Assembly: GCA_964016885.1 (NCBI GenBank)
Contig: OZ024743.1
Coordinates: forward strand, 229,090,001 to 229,154,000
Direction of reading: 5' to 3'
Length of the DNA stretch: 64,000 bases
Source of the DNA: Eledone cirrhosa
Taxonomy: Eukaryota
Shown here: positions 1-14,695 of the stretch, piece by piece
Position numbering within the stretch: the first letter of the stretch is position 1
Layout of the letters: each line of letters opens with the position of its first letter
Made by a program: the position numbers and the translations under genes
The notes under the pieces: model-generated
What the model was told of the DNA's origin: nothing
Seen by the model: only the letters and a program-made list of their open reading frames with translations
The model's database searches: none

Positions 1-54
1 TATAAATTTAGAAATAAAAAGAAATATATTAAAAAGAAATAAACAAGTAAAATA

Positions 55-86
55 TATACTCATACATAAAATACACACCGATAAAC

Positions 87-134
<48 letters not shown>

Positions 135-542
135 ATATATAGAGACACATACATATACATATATAAATACATAGACACACATCCATACACACATATATAT
201 ATATACATATACTTACAACACACATATATATATACACATATATGTACATACACATACACACATACATACATATACATATATATATACACACATATATATA
301 CATACATATATACACACACATATACATATACATACACGCACATATACATACACACACACACATACATATACGTATATATACATACACATACACATATCCA
401 TGTATATATATACACATACAACCACACGCTCACACACAACTCAGACATACATAAATAAAGAGATATACATACAAACATATATATATATAGATATATACAT
501 ACACATAAATATATATACACACACACACACACACATACACAT

Positions 543-605
<63 letters not shown>

Positions 606-756
606 TAAATAAATACACAGTCAGACAATTATGCACATATATACACATACATACACACATCTCTACAAATATACATACACATACATACACACATATATAT
701 ATATATATATACACATATATATATATAGACATATATATATATATGTATATACATAC

Positions 757-801
<45 letters not shown>

Positions 802-890
802 CATACACACTTATTTACATGCGTACATATGTATTTTTATACTCACATACAAACACCCAAACATACATACATACTTACATACACATACAT
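55..890. repeat. Compound (TA)n/(CA)n/(TACA)n microsatellite
   Basis: Directly visible di- and tetranucleotide repeats; the overlapping ORFs are YI/HT/CV low-complexity artefacts. Confidence 0.95.
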
Positions 891-1077
891 ACATCCACGC
901 TTACAAATACGAATAATTATAGGGGGGGGGGGGATTAAAATTATTAGTGGGAAATAGTAAATATAGGTTTCAAGGAACATAGAATATTAATCTGCATTTA
1001 GATCATAATATGTGTTTACATAGTAGTTTCAGTATTAGGAAATGTAAGAAAGAAGGCAAAATTATGCATTTTAATAT

Positions 1078-1450
1078 AAGTAGACTATTAATTATAGGTT
1101 AACTAAATTAAAATTAGTTAATATATTGATTTCTAAGGTGTATACTACTTAGGTTTATAATATTTAAAGCAGAATTTTGAAGTTAAACAGTAGTAGAGTA
1201 TTAATTATAGCATAACTAAATTAAAAATATTAACATTATGGTATCAATTTTAGGAAATGAATTTAGTAATAGGGAAAACCAAATCAAGTATTTCATCGGT
1301 AGTAGAATATAAATTATAGGTTAACTAAATTAAAAATTATATATTAATTTCTATAGTATATGTTAATTAGGTTTATAATAATTAAAGCAGATTTTGTATT
1401 TTATCTATAGTAGAATATAATTATAGGTTAACAAAAATTAAAATTAATAT
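1078..1450. repeat. Degenerate ~110-bp tandem repeat (4 units)
   Basis: Motif TAG(T)AGA.TAT.AATTATAGGTTAACTAAATTAAAA recurs at ~1081, 1191, 1301 and 1408; units 1 and 3 also share TTAGGTTTATAATA.TTAAAGCAGA. Confidence 0.75.
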
Positions 1451-1468
1451 ATATATATATGATTTATC

Positions 1469-1506
<38 letters not shown>

Positions 1507-1789
1507 AAAGTTCTATTTAAAATTGTTGGGATACAACAAGTAAATATTTTTATAACTGATATAAAGCACTTGACAAGTATTTGGAGTAGATATACGATAT
1601 TAATAAATGGAAACTATATTTATAAAACCATATTTATTTCATTATACATATTTCAGGGATACCAAATTAAATTATGGTATGCCTTCATCAGACAAAATAC
1701 AATATATAACAGTTTTACAAATAAGCTTTGACGTACCCTATTAAAATGCAACCATTGTTTTTGGAAGCCATCCGGATGACTTTCAAAAA

Positions 1790-1828
1790 CATAAATATAT
1801 ATATATATAAATATATATATATATAAAT

Positions 1829-1865
<37 letters not shown>

Positions 1866-1868
1866 AAT

Positions 1869-1899
<31 letters not shown>

Positions 1900-1938
1900 A
1901 ATATATATAAATATATATAAATATATATAAATATAAAT

Positions 1939-1969
<31 letters not shown>

Positions 1970-2305
1970 AATATATATATATGTAAATATATATATATAT
2001 AAATATATATATATGTAAATATATATATATATATAAATATATATATACATATAAATATATATATACATATAAATATATATATACATATAAATATATATAT
2101 ACATATAAATATATATATACATATAAATATATATATACATATAAATATATATATACATATAAATATATATATACATATAAATATATATATACATATAAAT
2201 ATATATATTTATATAAATATATATATACATATAAATATATATATATATATAAATATATATATACATATAAATATATATATATATATAAATATATATATAC
2301 ATATA

Positions 2306-2337
<32 letters not shown>

Positions 2338-2352
2338 AATATATATATATAT
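1790..2352. repeat. (TA)n array with 18-bp higher-order unit ACATATAAATATATATAT
   Basis: Directly visible; the same unit continues after the insertion at 2691-2986. Confidence 0.95.
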
Positions 2353-2690
2353 TCACGCAGTAATACAGGATACCCGACCTCCCATGGGTACATGCTGAAG
2401 CATATAAACAATATGCCCCCCCCCCACCGCAAGGTGGCCGTGGAGGTGCCACGGCAAAAAAGCACCCAGCCCACACTGTAAAGTGGACGTGTAGGCGCCA
2501 CGAAAAAGCACCCAGCACTCACTGTAAATGAGGTTGGTGTTAGGAAGGGCATCCAGCTGTAGAAATCAAGCCAGATCAGTTCCTGTATGAGCAAGGCATG
2601 GTCAGCCGACCAGACACTGCCCACAACAGGACAACCCGTCTAACCCATGCTAGCGTGGAAGAACGGACGTAAAACGGTGATGATGATGAT
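2353..2690 (+). mobile_element. 3' UTR fragment of an RTE-type LINE (subfamily B) with (GAT)n tail
   Basis: Shares GGTTGGTGTTAGGAAGGGCATCCA.CTGTAGAAA, ACCCATGC.AGCGTGGAA and the GAT tail with the 3' UTR at 8219-8577; 2488-2690 matches 55484-55699 with one visible mismatch before the tail. Confidence 0.85.
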
Positions 2691-2776
2691 ATACATATAA
2701 ATATATATATATATATAAATATATATATACATATAAATATATATATATATATAAATATATATATACATATAAATAT

Positions 2777-2809
<33 letters not shown>

Positions 2810-2822
2810 AATATATATATAC

Positions 2823-2863
<41 letters not shown>

Positions 2864-2948
2864 TATATATACATATAAATATATATATACATATAAATAT
2901 ATATATACATATAAATATATATATATACATATAAATATATATATATAC

Positions 2949-2985
<37 letters not shown>

Positions 2986-2986
2986 T

Positions 2987-3931
2987 ATCATCATCATCAT
3001 CATCATCATCAGGTTTAGCGTCCATGTTCCACGTTTGCATGGGTTTGGACGGGGGTTTTCCCACTTGAGGCAAGAGTGGTTGTCTTGCTCGCATAGGACT
3101 GTCTGGCGGGTTTTCTACAGTTGGATGCCCTTCCTAACACCAACCACATTTACAGTGTGGGGCTGGGAGGTTTTTACCGTGTTGCCTACACGGCCACATT
3201 ACAGCGTGGACTGTCTGGCGGGTTTTCTACAGCTGGATGCCCTTCCTAACACCAACCACATTTACAGTGTGGGGCTGGGAGGTTTTTACCGTGTTGCCTA
3301 CACGGCCACATTTACAGCGTTGACTGTGTGTTTTTTTGTCGTGACACCTACACGATCTCATTTGTTTCGGCCTGGATGTTGTGGCACCAACATAACTTTA
3401 CATTGAAAGGGGCGGTGTGGATGGGGTGGAGGTGGTGGGACGGGGGTGTATTTTGATAGAGATGCCTACTGACTGTAGTAGGTTTTTACTTTGTATTTAG
3501 GTAAGGCGGGTCTTCTCTATTACTGAGTACCGCCAAAGGTCTTGGTCCAGTGACATTGTCTTGGAGAGGTGTAAGCGTGTGAGGTCGGAATTTATCAGCT
3601 CGTCCCATGTTTTTCTGGGTCTGCCTACTCCGTGGTTACCGTCTATCTTTATTGCCCTGCACTTTGTTATACAGCTGTCTTTCACGCGCATCACGTGACC
3701 GTACCAACGTAGCCTTCTCTCGAGTAAACAACATCTGATCCCTCTTATTTCTAATTTTTTCCTTAGTTCGTTTATGATTTGCCGTTCACGTATATTACTA
3801 TTGCACATCCAGTGGAGCATGCAAGCTTCGTTCCTCTCTAGTCTGCGTATATCCTCTGCACACAATGCCCAGGTCTCACTGCCATGCAGCATTGTTGCTC
3901 GTATGCAGGCATCGTATAACCTGCCTTTCAT
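2987..3931 (-). mobile_element. 5'-truncated RTE LINE (subfamily A), reverse strand
   Basis: 3931-3497 encodes [11 protein letters not shown]...EKTRLT*, nearly identical to the C-terminus of ORF 5825-8218; 3' UTR and (ATC)n tail at 2987-3011; 112-bp tandem duplication at 3097-3321. Confidence 0.95.
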
Positions 3932-5634
<1,703 letters not shown>

Positions 5635-5701
5635 GGAACCAGTAAGACCCCGACAGCTGAGCTCAAGCCGTTTCGACGGCTAATTATAAATATATATATA
5701 T

Positions 5702-8218
5702 GATGCAAATAACCTAACCATCTGTAACACTAACTTCAAAAAACGTGACAATCACCTGATCACCTATAGATCCGGGGAACACACAAGCCAGGTAGATTAT
5801 ATCCTTACCAGAAGACGTGACAGAGTGTCTGTTGTAAACACTAAATCCCTCCCCCATGAAGAATGCACCTCCCAACATAGACTGATAATTAGCGACCTCA
5901 TAGTCAGGTCGAGACGTACTCGACAGCAGAAGAGGACTATCCTCAGGAGAAAAATATGGAAGCTAAAGGACCCCACAGCCAAAAATAAATTTCAAAACAT
6001 ATTACTTGATGCTTTCGACAGTAAGGAAGAACACTTAGAGTCGGACAATATAGAAGGACAGTGGGAATTTCTGAAAGCAAACCTGCTGTTGGCCACAGAC
6101 GAAGTCTGTGGCTGGAGCAGGCCTGTAGGCAGGAGGAGAGTAACATGGTGGTGGAACAGTAAGGTGGAGGAGTCAATTAAGGCCAAAAAGCAGGCTTGGA
6201 AAGTATGGCGGGATGGGGGAAGTAGAGTAGACTATCAAGTGGCCAGGAGGGAAGCTAGGAGAGAAGTGTACTTAGCAAGAAGGGAAGCTGAGGAAAGAAA
6301 GTTCAAGCATGTCCTACAACGCGATGACCAAAAACGTGAGGTGTTCAGGATTGCTAGGCAATGCGTCAAGGAAAACCGTGATATTGTCGGGGAGAAGTGT
6401 GTACTTAACGATGATGGCATACTTGCCATCACCGACACTGATAAGAAGGCAGCTTGGAAGTGTCACTATGAAAGGCTACTAAATGAGGAGAATAAATGGG
6501 AGAAAGACAGTCTCCCCCATGTCGACCCAATAGAGGGACCAGCAGTGTTAGTCGAGGGGAGTATAATAAGTAAGGCAATCAAGGATATGAAGACAGGTAA
6601 GGCGGCTGGGCCTTCGGAAATAGTTGCTGAGATGCTGAAGGCATCTGGCACGGTGGGACACACCATGGTCACCCGCATAGTTAACCAAGTCGTACAGAAT
6701 GGGGTTGTTCCGAAGGACTGGCATAGCAGCATCATCGTTAACTGTTATAAGGGTAAAGGAGACGCCCTAGATAGGAGTAACTATAGAGGCATTAAATTAA
6801 TCGACCAGGTCATGAAGGTCACAGAAAAAGTAATAGCGCAACTAATCAGAGAGAGAATTGACCTAGATGAAATGCAGTTCGGGTTTGTGTCAGGCAAAAG
6901 TACCACAGACGCTCTTTTCATAGTACGACAACTACAGGAGAAGTACCTAGCTAAAGGTAAACCCCTCTACTTAGCTTTTGTCGACTTGGAGAAAGCCTTC
7001 GACAGAGTCCCCCGCTCCATTATCTGGTGGGCTCTTAGAAAACTAGGCGTTGACGAATGGCTTGTGAGGGCTATACAAGCCATGTATAAAGAAACAGTCA
7101 GCAAGGTTAGAATTAACAACGAATATAGTGAAGAGTTTAGCGTAAAAGTTGGCGTCCATCAGGGCTCTGTTCTCAGCCCCCTACTATTTATTATTGCCCT
7201 TCAGGCTATAACAGAGGAGTTCAAGACAGGCTGCCCATGGGAACTCCTATACGCAGACGACCTGACACTCATAGCGGAATCAATGGCCGAGCTAGAGAAG
7301 AAATTCCAAACATGGAAGCACGGCCTAGAGTCAAAAGGACTTAAAATTAACCTGGCTAAGACCAAAGTTCTAGTTTGTAGGAAAGAAAACAAGGCGGCGG
7401 TCCCTTCTGGGAAATGGTCGTGCTCGGTGTGTAGGAAAGGCGTAGGTAGAAACTCCATTTTGTGTCCTAAATGCAAAGTATGGGTGCATAAAAGATGTAG
7501 TGGGATCACAGGTAAGCTAACTAAGAACATAGATTTTACATGTGGCCGGTGTTCTGGTGCAATAAGTAGCAGCAAGTGCCCACACAATACTAGCTCTTTC
7601 AATTGCGCAGAGGGTTCTATAGAAATAGTGGACAGCTTCCGTTACCTGGGCGATAAAATCAGCAGTGGGGGAGGGTGCTCTGAAAGTACTGTAGCTAGAG
7701 TCAGAACTGGTTGGAAAAAGTTCAGAGAGCTTATACCACTATTAGCTGCTAAAGGGTTCTCCCTAAAAATGAAAGGCAGGTTGTACGATGCCTGCATACG
7801 AACAGCAATGTTGCATGGCAGTGAGACCTGGGCATTGTGTGCAGAGGATATACGCAGACTAGAGAGGAACGAAGCTTGCATGCTCCGCTGGATGTGTAAC
7901 AGTAATATACGTGAACGGCAAAGCATAAACGAACTAAGGAAAAAATTAGAGATAAGAGGGATCAGATGTTGTTTACTCGAGAGAAGGCTACGTTGGTATG
8001 GACACGTGATGTGCATGAAAGTCGATAGCTGTATAACAAAGTGCAGGGCAATAAAGATAGACGGTAGCCACGGAATAGGCAGACCTAGAAAAACCTGGGA
8101 CGAGCTGATAAACTCCGACCTCACACACTTACACCTCTCCAAGACAATGTCACTGGACCGAGACCTTTGGCGGTACTCAGTAACAGAGAAGACCCGCCTT
8201 GCCAGTAGGCATCTCTAA
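5702..8218 (+). CDS. RTE polyprotein fragment: AP-endonuclease C-terminus plus reverse transcriptase with internal PHD finger
   Basis: Frame is open from 5702 ([26 protein letters not shown]); RT motifs [41 protein letters not shown] (7250-7261), FRYLG; RTE-type C-terminus RRLRWYGHV and GRPRKTW. N-terminus lost by 5' truncation. Confidence 0.95.
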   Translation, partial: DANNLTICNTNFKKRDNHLITYRSGEHTSQVDYILTRRRDRVSVVNTKSLPHEECTSQHRLIISDLIVRSRRTRQQKRTILRRKIWKLKDPTAKNKFQNILLDAFDSKEEHLESDNIEGQWEFLKANLLLATDEVCGWSRPVGRRRVTWWWNSKVEESIKAKKQAWKVWRDGGSRVDYQVARREARREVYLARREAEERKFKHVLQRDDQKREVFRIARQCVKENRDIVGEKCVLNDDGILAITDTDKKAAWKCHYERLLNEENKWEKDSLPHVDPIEGPAVLVEGSIISKAIKDMKTGKAAGPSEIVAEMLKASGTVGHTMVTRIVNQVVQNGVVPKDWHSSIIVNCYKGKGDALDRSNYRGIKLIDQVMKVTEKVIAQLIRERIDLDEMQFGFVSGKSTTDALFIVRQLQEKYLAKGKPLYLAFVDLEKAFDRVPRSIIWWALRKLGVDEWLVRAIQAMYKETVSKVRINNEYSEEFSVKVGVHQGSVLSPLLFIIALQAITEEFKTGCPWELLYADDLTLIAESMAELEKKFQTWKHGLESKGLKINLAKTKVLVCRKENKAAVPSGKWSCSVCRKGVGRNSILCPKCKVWVHKRCSGITGKLTKNIDFTCGRCSGAISSSKCPHNTSSFNCAEGSIEIVDSFRYLGDKISSGGGCSESTVARVRTGWKKFRELIPLLAAKGFSLKMKGRLYDACIRTAMLHGSETWALCAEDIRRLERNEACMLRWMCNSNIRERQSINELRKKLEIRGIRCCLLERRLRWYGHVMCMKVDSCITKCRAIKIDGSHGIGRPRKTWDELINSDLTHLHLSKTMSLDRDLWRYSVTEKTRLASRHL
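7421..7552 (+). other. PHD-type zinc finger (C4HC3) inside the RT domain
   Basis: CSVC-x10[13 protein letters not shown]14-CGRC matches PHD ligand spacing; lies between [12 protein letters not shown] and [10 protein letters not shown]. Confidence 0.88.
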
Positions 8219-8577
8219 CAAAATACACCCCATCCCACCACCACCACCCCCACCCCATCCACACCACCCCGTCCTATGTAAAGTTATGTTGGTGCCGCGC
8301 CATCCGGGCCGAAACAAATGAGATCGTGTAGGTGTCACGACAAAAAAACACACAGTCCACGCTGTAATGTGGCCGTGTAGGCAACACGGTAAAAACCTCC
8401 CAGACCCACACTGTAAATGTGGTTGGTGTTAGGAAGGGCATCCAACTGTAGAAAACCTGCCAGACAGTCCTATGCGAGCAAGACAATCACTCTTGCCTCA
8501 AGTGGGACTACCCCCGTCCAAACCCATGCAAGCGTGGAACACGGACGTTAAACGTTGATGATGATGATGATGATGAT

Positions 8578-8581
8578 AAAT

Positions 8582-8613
<32 letters not shown>

Positions 8614-8727
8614 TCATATATATATATATAAATATATATTTATATATATATTCATATATATATATATAAATATATATTTATATATATATTCATATATATA
8701 TATATAAATATATATTTATATATATTC

Positions 8728-8760
<33 letters not shown>

Positions 8761-8871
8761 CATATATATATATATTTATATATATATATATATATATATT
8801 CATATATATATATATAAATTTATATTTATATATATTCATATATATATATAAATATATATTTATATATATTC

Positions 8872-8904
<33 letters not shown>

Positions 8905-8916
8905 CATATATATATA

Positions 8917-8962
<46 letters not shown>

Positions 8963-9032
8963 TATATATATATATATTTATATATATATATATTTATATA
9001 TATATATATTTATATATATATATATACATATA

Positions 9033-9077
<45 letters not shown>

Positions 9078-9154
9078 ATATTTATTTATATATATTTATA
9101 TATATATTTATATATATATTTATATATATTTATATATATATTTATATTTATATT

Positions 9155-9185
<31 letters not shown>

Positions 9186-9210
9186 TTTTATATATATATA
9201 TTTATATATG
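8578..9210. repeat. (TA)n array with TTCA, AAAT and TTTA interruptions
   Basis: Directly visible. Confidence 0.95.
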
Positions 9211-10333
9211 TATGGGGAGGGTGAGAGAGAGACAGGGATGTTTTCTGATTACATGAATTTAAATGTAAGTGTTAAATAAAAATAAGTAAATATTTACAAC
9301 ATTAATTTATTCAAGAGAATTACTTTAATCTCACGGGTCTTAACCACATGGTGACTGCCACCCACAAACAACTGATTGAGATCTTTCTAGATCAGATGGA
9401 ACAAGACTTAAACAGCAATCTGACAAATAGGAAAATCCTTCACCCCCAAAGTTTAGCCTTTTATCTGTCAAACATACAAAAATGCTCACACACACACACA
9501 CAGACACATATGTAAACACACAGACACACAAAACTATACACATGCAGAGACATACAAACAAACACAGACTCACACTCAGAAACATACGTACACAAATAGA
9601 CACAAACAAATTCATTTATAAACACATGCACACACACAAAGTATCCACTTTGTCTTTCTTCACTCCTAAAATTTAACATCTTATCTCTAAAACACACACA
9701 AGTACATACACACACACACTTCTGCCCACCATTCTTTCTGGTTGACCATTTTTACCAAGCAAGCACATATAGAGCTGGCTGGACAAAGTAATCTTTTTTA
9801 GAATCTACCAGGGTTGAGCAGGTGATGTCAGTCAGGTGTACTAACTAATCAGTGACATTTTTTGATAAGTGGATTAAGAAGCTTGAAGAAAGAAATGTGG
9901 GTAGTGGGTGGGTTGCTAGAATGCAAAAGTCTTCCGGCTTAACTCTCCCATTGGACCCTTAGGGAAAAGCCTTAGGAAATCAAAACTGGCAGCACACAAA
10001 TTTTGCCAACAATTTTAAGAACTAGAAAAACAAACAAGTACATCCACAGGAAAATTAACTGTCACATTTTCTTTTCCCAAGCACCTTTCATACAAAGAGA
10101 CAGAATTATAGTGAGAATGTGTGGTTATAGTGAAACATTTTTTGTTTGCTTTTGTTTATTTATTTTCATTTTTTCCCCATTTTGTAATCCAATCAGCTGT
10201 AACAAGTGACAGCATAAAATTAATTATTCAAAAATGCAACAATTACCATTCGTTAAATTCTGTCTTGCTAATAGAATTTCACAGTTGCATAGAAACAGAA
10301 AGAAACAACCATCCTATAAAGAAACACACATAG

Positions 10334-10497
<164 letters not shown>

Positions 10498-10771
10498 ATT
10501 TAAAAGTAAAAGGATGCATATTAAAATACAAACAGGAGAAATATATTGCTTTCATGTGTGCAAATATATGCACACATATATACACAAACACGCCTACACT
10601 CACACAGGCACATGTACAAACAAACACATATATACACTATTTCCCTTTGTTGCCTAATACATAAAAAACGCAGCCGTCTTACACTATACTCTTCAACCAG
10701 TAATCAATTTACCTGAAAACTAAAAATGTTTCTTCTCTGACCAATATGTTTGTTTTATTTATTTATTTATC

Positions 10772-10805
<34 letters not shown>

Positions 10806-11270
10806 GTTATTATCATTTTATTCCTGTGTTTCCCATAATGCTTCCGAGTGCCAACAAATGAAGTTTTGTTTTAGACTAACAAAATAGATTCAGCCACTAA
10901 GAACAACTATTTGTATGTGTAAGAATGCATGTATATATTATTATTATTATTGTGTGTGTGTGTGTGTGTCTGTGTCTGTGTGTGTGTGTGTGCTTATGTA
11001 TATGCATACATCTTTATACACATACACAAACTGCATGCACAAATTTAGACACATAACCACATAAGTATAACTATGACAAAATTAATTAATTAAAGATATG
11101 TGTCTGTTGGCCATAAAATGCTATTAGGTTGTTATTTGTTAAGTAGGGCTACAGAGACATTTAATCCTTTTGAAATAAGTACTTAGTGCCATATATTTTT
11201 TGCAATACATGTGTAATTGATGCAAAGACCTATATGAAAGTCAAGGCTGATCACTGTACATCCTCTAAGA

Positions 11271-11540
11271 TAGTGATTCCCACCCTTTTTTTCATCCAAG
11301 TACCACTTTCATTTGAATGACATTTTCCATGGTCCCCGCCACTACAATTACTCCCTTCCTAGATTGTCATACAGTGATGATAACAATCAAAAGAGAGAAA
11401 TGTTAATGTTTATACTCGGAGAAGAATCCATACCCAATAGCATGTATATATTATGTTTATATAAAATTTTTTGAAACACTGAAGTTAGCTCATGGACCCC
11501 TAGTGGACACCTTCGTGGACACCTGTCTTGGAATGAATAT
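11271..11540. mobile_element. Old hAT/Charlie-like MITE
   Basis: Begins TAGTGATTCCCA; shares GAGAAGAAT..ATACC and ATGGACCCC-like blocks with copies at 14696-14946 and 53868-54103; CAGTGGTT/GAACCACTG-type ends are typical of hAT-Charlie MITEs. Confidence 0.5.
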
Positions 11541-12002
11541 TCTAAAATCTAGAGTAGAAATACAAAATAATGAAATTGAAAATGAAATAAGAGTCATTTA
11601 TGTGAAACATTAACCACTTTCAGGCCTAGGTGTATTTACTGTCTAAAATTCACTTTGTCTTTAATACTTTTGATACCAACCTGCCTGAAACTGCCCCTAG
11701 GTCTATGATACAAAGCTGTTTATTATAAATTGCTTATATTTATTTAAAAATCTTCCAAACTAGTTTTATGTACAAAGTTCTTGTTATGCTTCAAACATCA
11801 TCTTAACTCATTTGTTGCCATAATTCTCAGGAAATACCCATTATTTCAATTCATTAAAATTCAAATACAAAATGGTTGATATTGCTACACAGTACCAGTG
11901 CTAGTTTTTACTAGTTTAAGTAATGTTAACAATAAGAGTTAGTTACGTTCCTAAATCCATCTAAATGTCATTAGAAATATGTTAACAAAAGATATACCAA
12001 TA

Positions 12003-12190
12003 TGGATTGGCAGTATCGGTAGAGGGTCGGAGACCATGCTTTGCATCATAGAGTTACGGCCTTTTATGATCCGAGTTCAAATCCCTCTGAGGGATCGATA
12101 AAATAAGTACCAGTCACGCACTGGGGTCAATTTAATCGACTTTCCCTTCCCCTAAAATTGCTGGTCTTGTGCCTATATAAGAAACCAATA
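12003..12190 (+). mobile_element. tRNA-derived SINE (family 1)
   Basis: A box TGGCAGTATCGG, B box GAGTTCAAATCC, central GATAAAATAAGTACCAG, 3' end TGCTGGTCTTGTGCCTA; multiple copies in the window. Confidence 0.85.
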
Positions 12191-14695
12191 TTTAGTTCCA
12201 CCACTACCAAGTATAATGGCAAGCCGTCTTTTCTTTACACATTTAAAATTTAACCAACAGCTGAGTAATTCATTACCAAAATAAAAAGGAACCACCTGGT
12301 TTGCTGAAGCCAACTCCTTATCAAGTTACTGATAATATTAAAAAATATTCAAGACAAATAGTTTTAGTTTGCTTTGTAGAATAATCAAATCTGTCCCTTG
12401 AGAATACTGAGCAACAAGCACACGAAAGAAATACCAAGTAATTAGTAAAACCAACTGATAGAGTCCTCTCTTATTGGAACAAACAGAAGTAAAAGGGCAT
12501 ATAAGATTTCAAATCTACCTCTTAGATAATGGCAAAAACAAACATATGGTGGTCATCAACCAAGCAGATTTCAGAGCCTAAACTAAAGGGTAAATTAAAT
12601 CTACTAATATTAACAAAAATAATAAATAAATAAATATTATAAGAAAACGATTCCAGTTCTCTTGTATTATTTATTAGCAGTTCTTGGCAATACTCCAAGA
12701 TTACCTTCCATTATCATCTCATTAATTTAACAGTATTTCCTTTCATATATGTATTGATTGAATTCAACAGTGTGTGATGGAAAGAGTGATATATAACCTG
12801 AACCAACTGACAACCAACAAGTTAAAGTATCAATGTAACTGCAGGCTATGAACTCTAAAAGTAATCTAAGATAAACTGATAATTAAGGACTAAATCTGTG
12901 TCATATTCATATGAAACATTAACCCTGTTAATACCAGCCCATTCTAAAACTGTTCTGTTTCTATGAAACAAACCACTCAGTTTAAAGGATATCTATTTAA
13001 ATTAAAACCTTCCAACAACTATCTTAGTAATGAAATAATAAGAGTAGTAGATCCCTCAAACCTATTCAATAAATAACTGAAATAGAGTATATTTCCTTAG
13101 ACATACGGTCACAACCTAGGTTACATAAGGTAAATTAATCAGTATTTGGTCTGTTACATAGTGAAATTACATGCTAAATTTCTTATGAAGAGATTTATGT
13201 ACAATTACATTTTTTATTTATAACAACCTCAATGGTACAACCAATTCATTTACATCATTTACCATAATAATCAATGTAATGTGGCGATGCATTTGGGTGA
13301 GTCTATTATATGCCCACCCTCTGGCTGAAGAGGTGTGATCTCAAGTTCAATCTATCATGTACCCATACCAAGAGAATACATTCATGTCAGTTTGGTCCAC
13401 CCAACAGAGTTGGTACCACAAATAACTAGCATCATCATTTAACTCAGGTTTCTCAATACTGGCATGGGTTGTTCAGGGCATCACAGATCAAATCAGTAAT
13501 TAATCAGAGTTACTGTCTTCTCACCAATGCACATAATTTCTAAAACTTGATGCTTGGATGTCTTTCCTAAATGGTATATAATTAACATCAACAAATACCA
13601 TATGAATGGTCACAACATAGCTCATGTTTTAATAGCAAACTCAATATACTCACACTGCATCACCAAGCAAACATACTTATCAGGTATTTCTTGAAAATCA
13701 ACCACCAAAGACCATCCATAGAAGACAGGAAAATAATATGAGAAATACGCACTTTTCACCTACACCATGAATTTGACTCCTCCCTTCCATCAAACACCCC
13801 AAAAGCTTATAGGTTGTTATTGTAAGTACAGCTAGAGAGTCCTTAGTGAAATCTGGCTGCAACAAAATTACTTAATGAGAGTACAGTGGAAAATAAATTA
13901 GTTATTCCCTTATAATGAGTTATGACAAACACTAAATAGATATATTTTTTTTACAAATTGTAGAGTATGTCACTCCTTTTCTTAGCACAGCATGGTTTTT
14001 AATCTACATCAGAGATGACAGTGATAACTATGCACCAATGCATAGGAAGAATGTCAAAGAAATAAACATAGGTTTAGGATTACGCACGCACAAAAAAAAT
14101 AAACATTTAAAATAAGCTAAAAGTGCAAATTGCTTGGATACATCTAATTTATATTGACATGTTTTAATGTTTTTTGTTCTTTCAGAAGAATACTGATATA
14201 ACTCATCACCTTTTCAATGACGCTTCAAAACTGTAGATATTCTCAATACAAAAATAAACTTTCAGTAAATTAGAGAACTTAATTATCTAGCACAAAATTT
14301 ACAAATGGAGAAAAAAATTTAAAGACGTGGTAAATTACAAAAATAAAGTCAACTAGAGTCATGTAAACCTGATAACAGAGTTACCTAGAATATGAAATAA
14401 AGAACTGCAATATCTTAAACTTGACACTAAATTTAATTACAATAAGGGCAACACCTTTATTTGAGACTCTATAGCACTTTTGAAAACAGCAAATATTTGT
14501 TTATTTATTTACTAATTTATTAAGCTGCAAAGTTAGAAACTCTTATTATCAAGAATGAGGTTTTCAACATGTCATGTCAATCATAGCTTTCATTGCAAAC
14601 TCTCTTTTTCTTTTTTTCTTTTAAGGGAGGGAATTAATGTTTAACATTTTGAGTTTCACACCAAATATGTGACTGGTGCAAGGTCCCAGCTATAT

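Larger units (their letters stand above)
5701..8577 (+). mobile_element. 5'-truncated RTE-clade non-LTR retrotransposon (subfamily A) with open ORF and (GAT)n tail
   Basis: Starts at TGATGCAAATAAC, equivalent to 63603 in the longer copy; EN C-terminus, RT, 3' UTR and GAT tail at 8557-8577; flanked by (TA)n on both sides. Confidence 0.96.

Noticed and set aside
5943-8142. Antisense ORFs over the RT (5943-6735, 7201-7602, 7642-8142)
   Set aside because: Shadow ORFs of the coding strand with no recognisable motifs.
12003-12090. tRNA genes at A/B-box sequences
   Set aside because: No cloverleaf; these are multi-copy SINE heads with bodies and TSDs.
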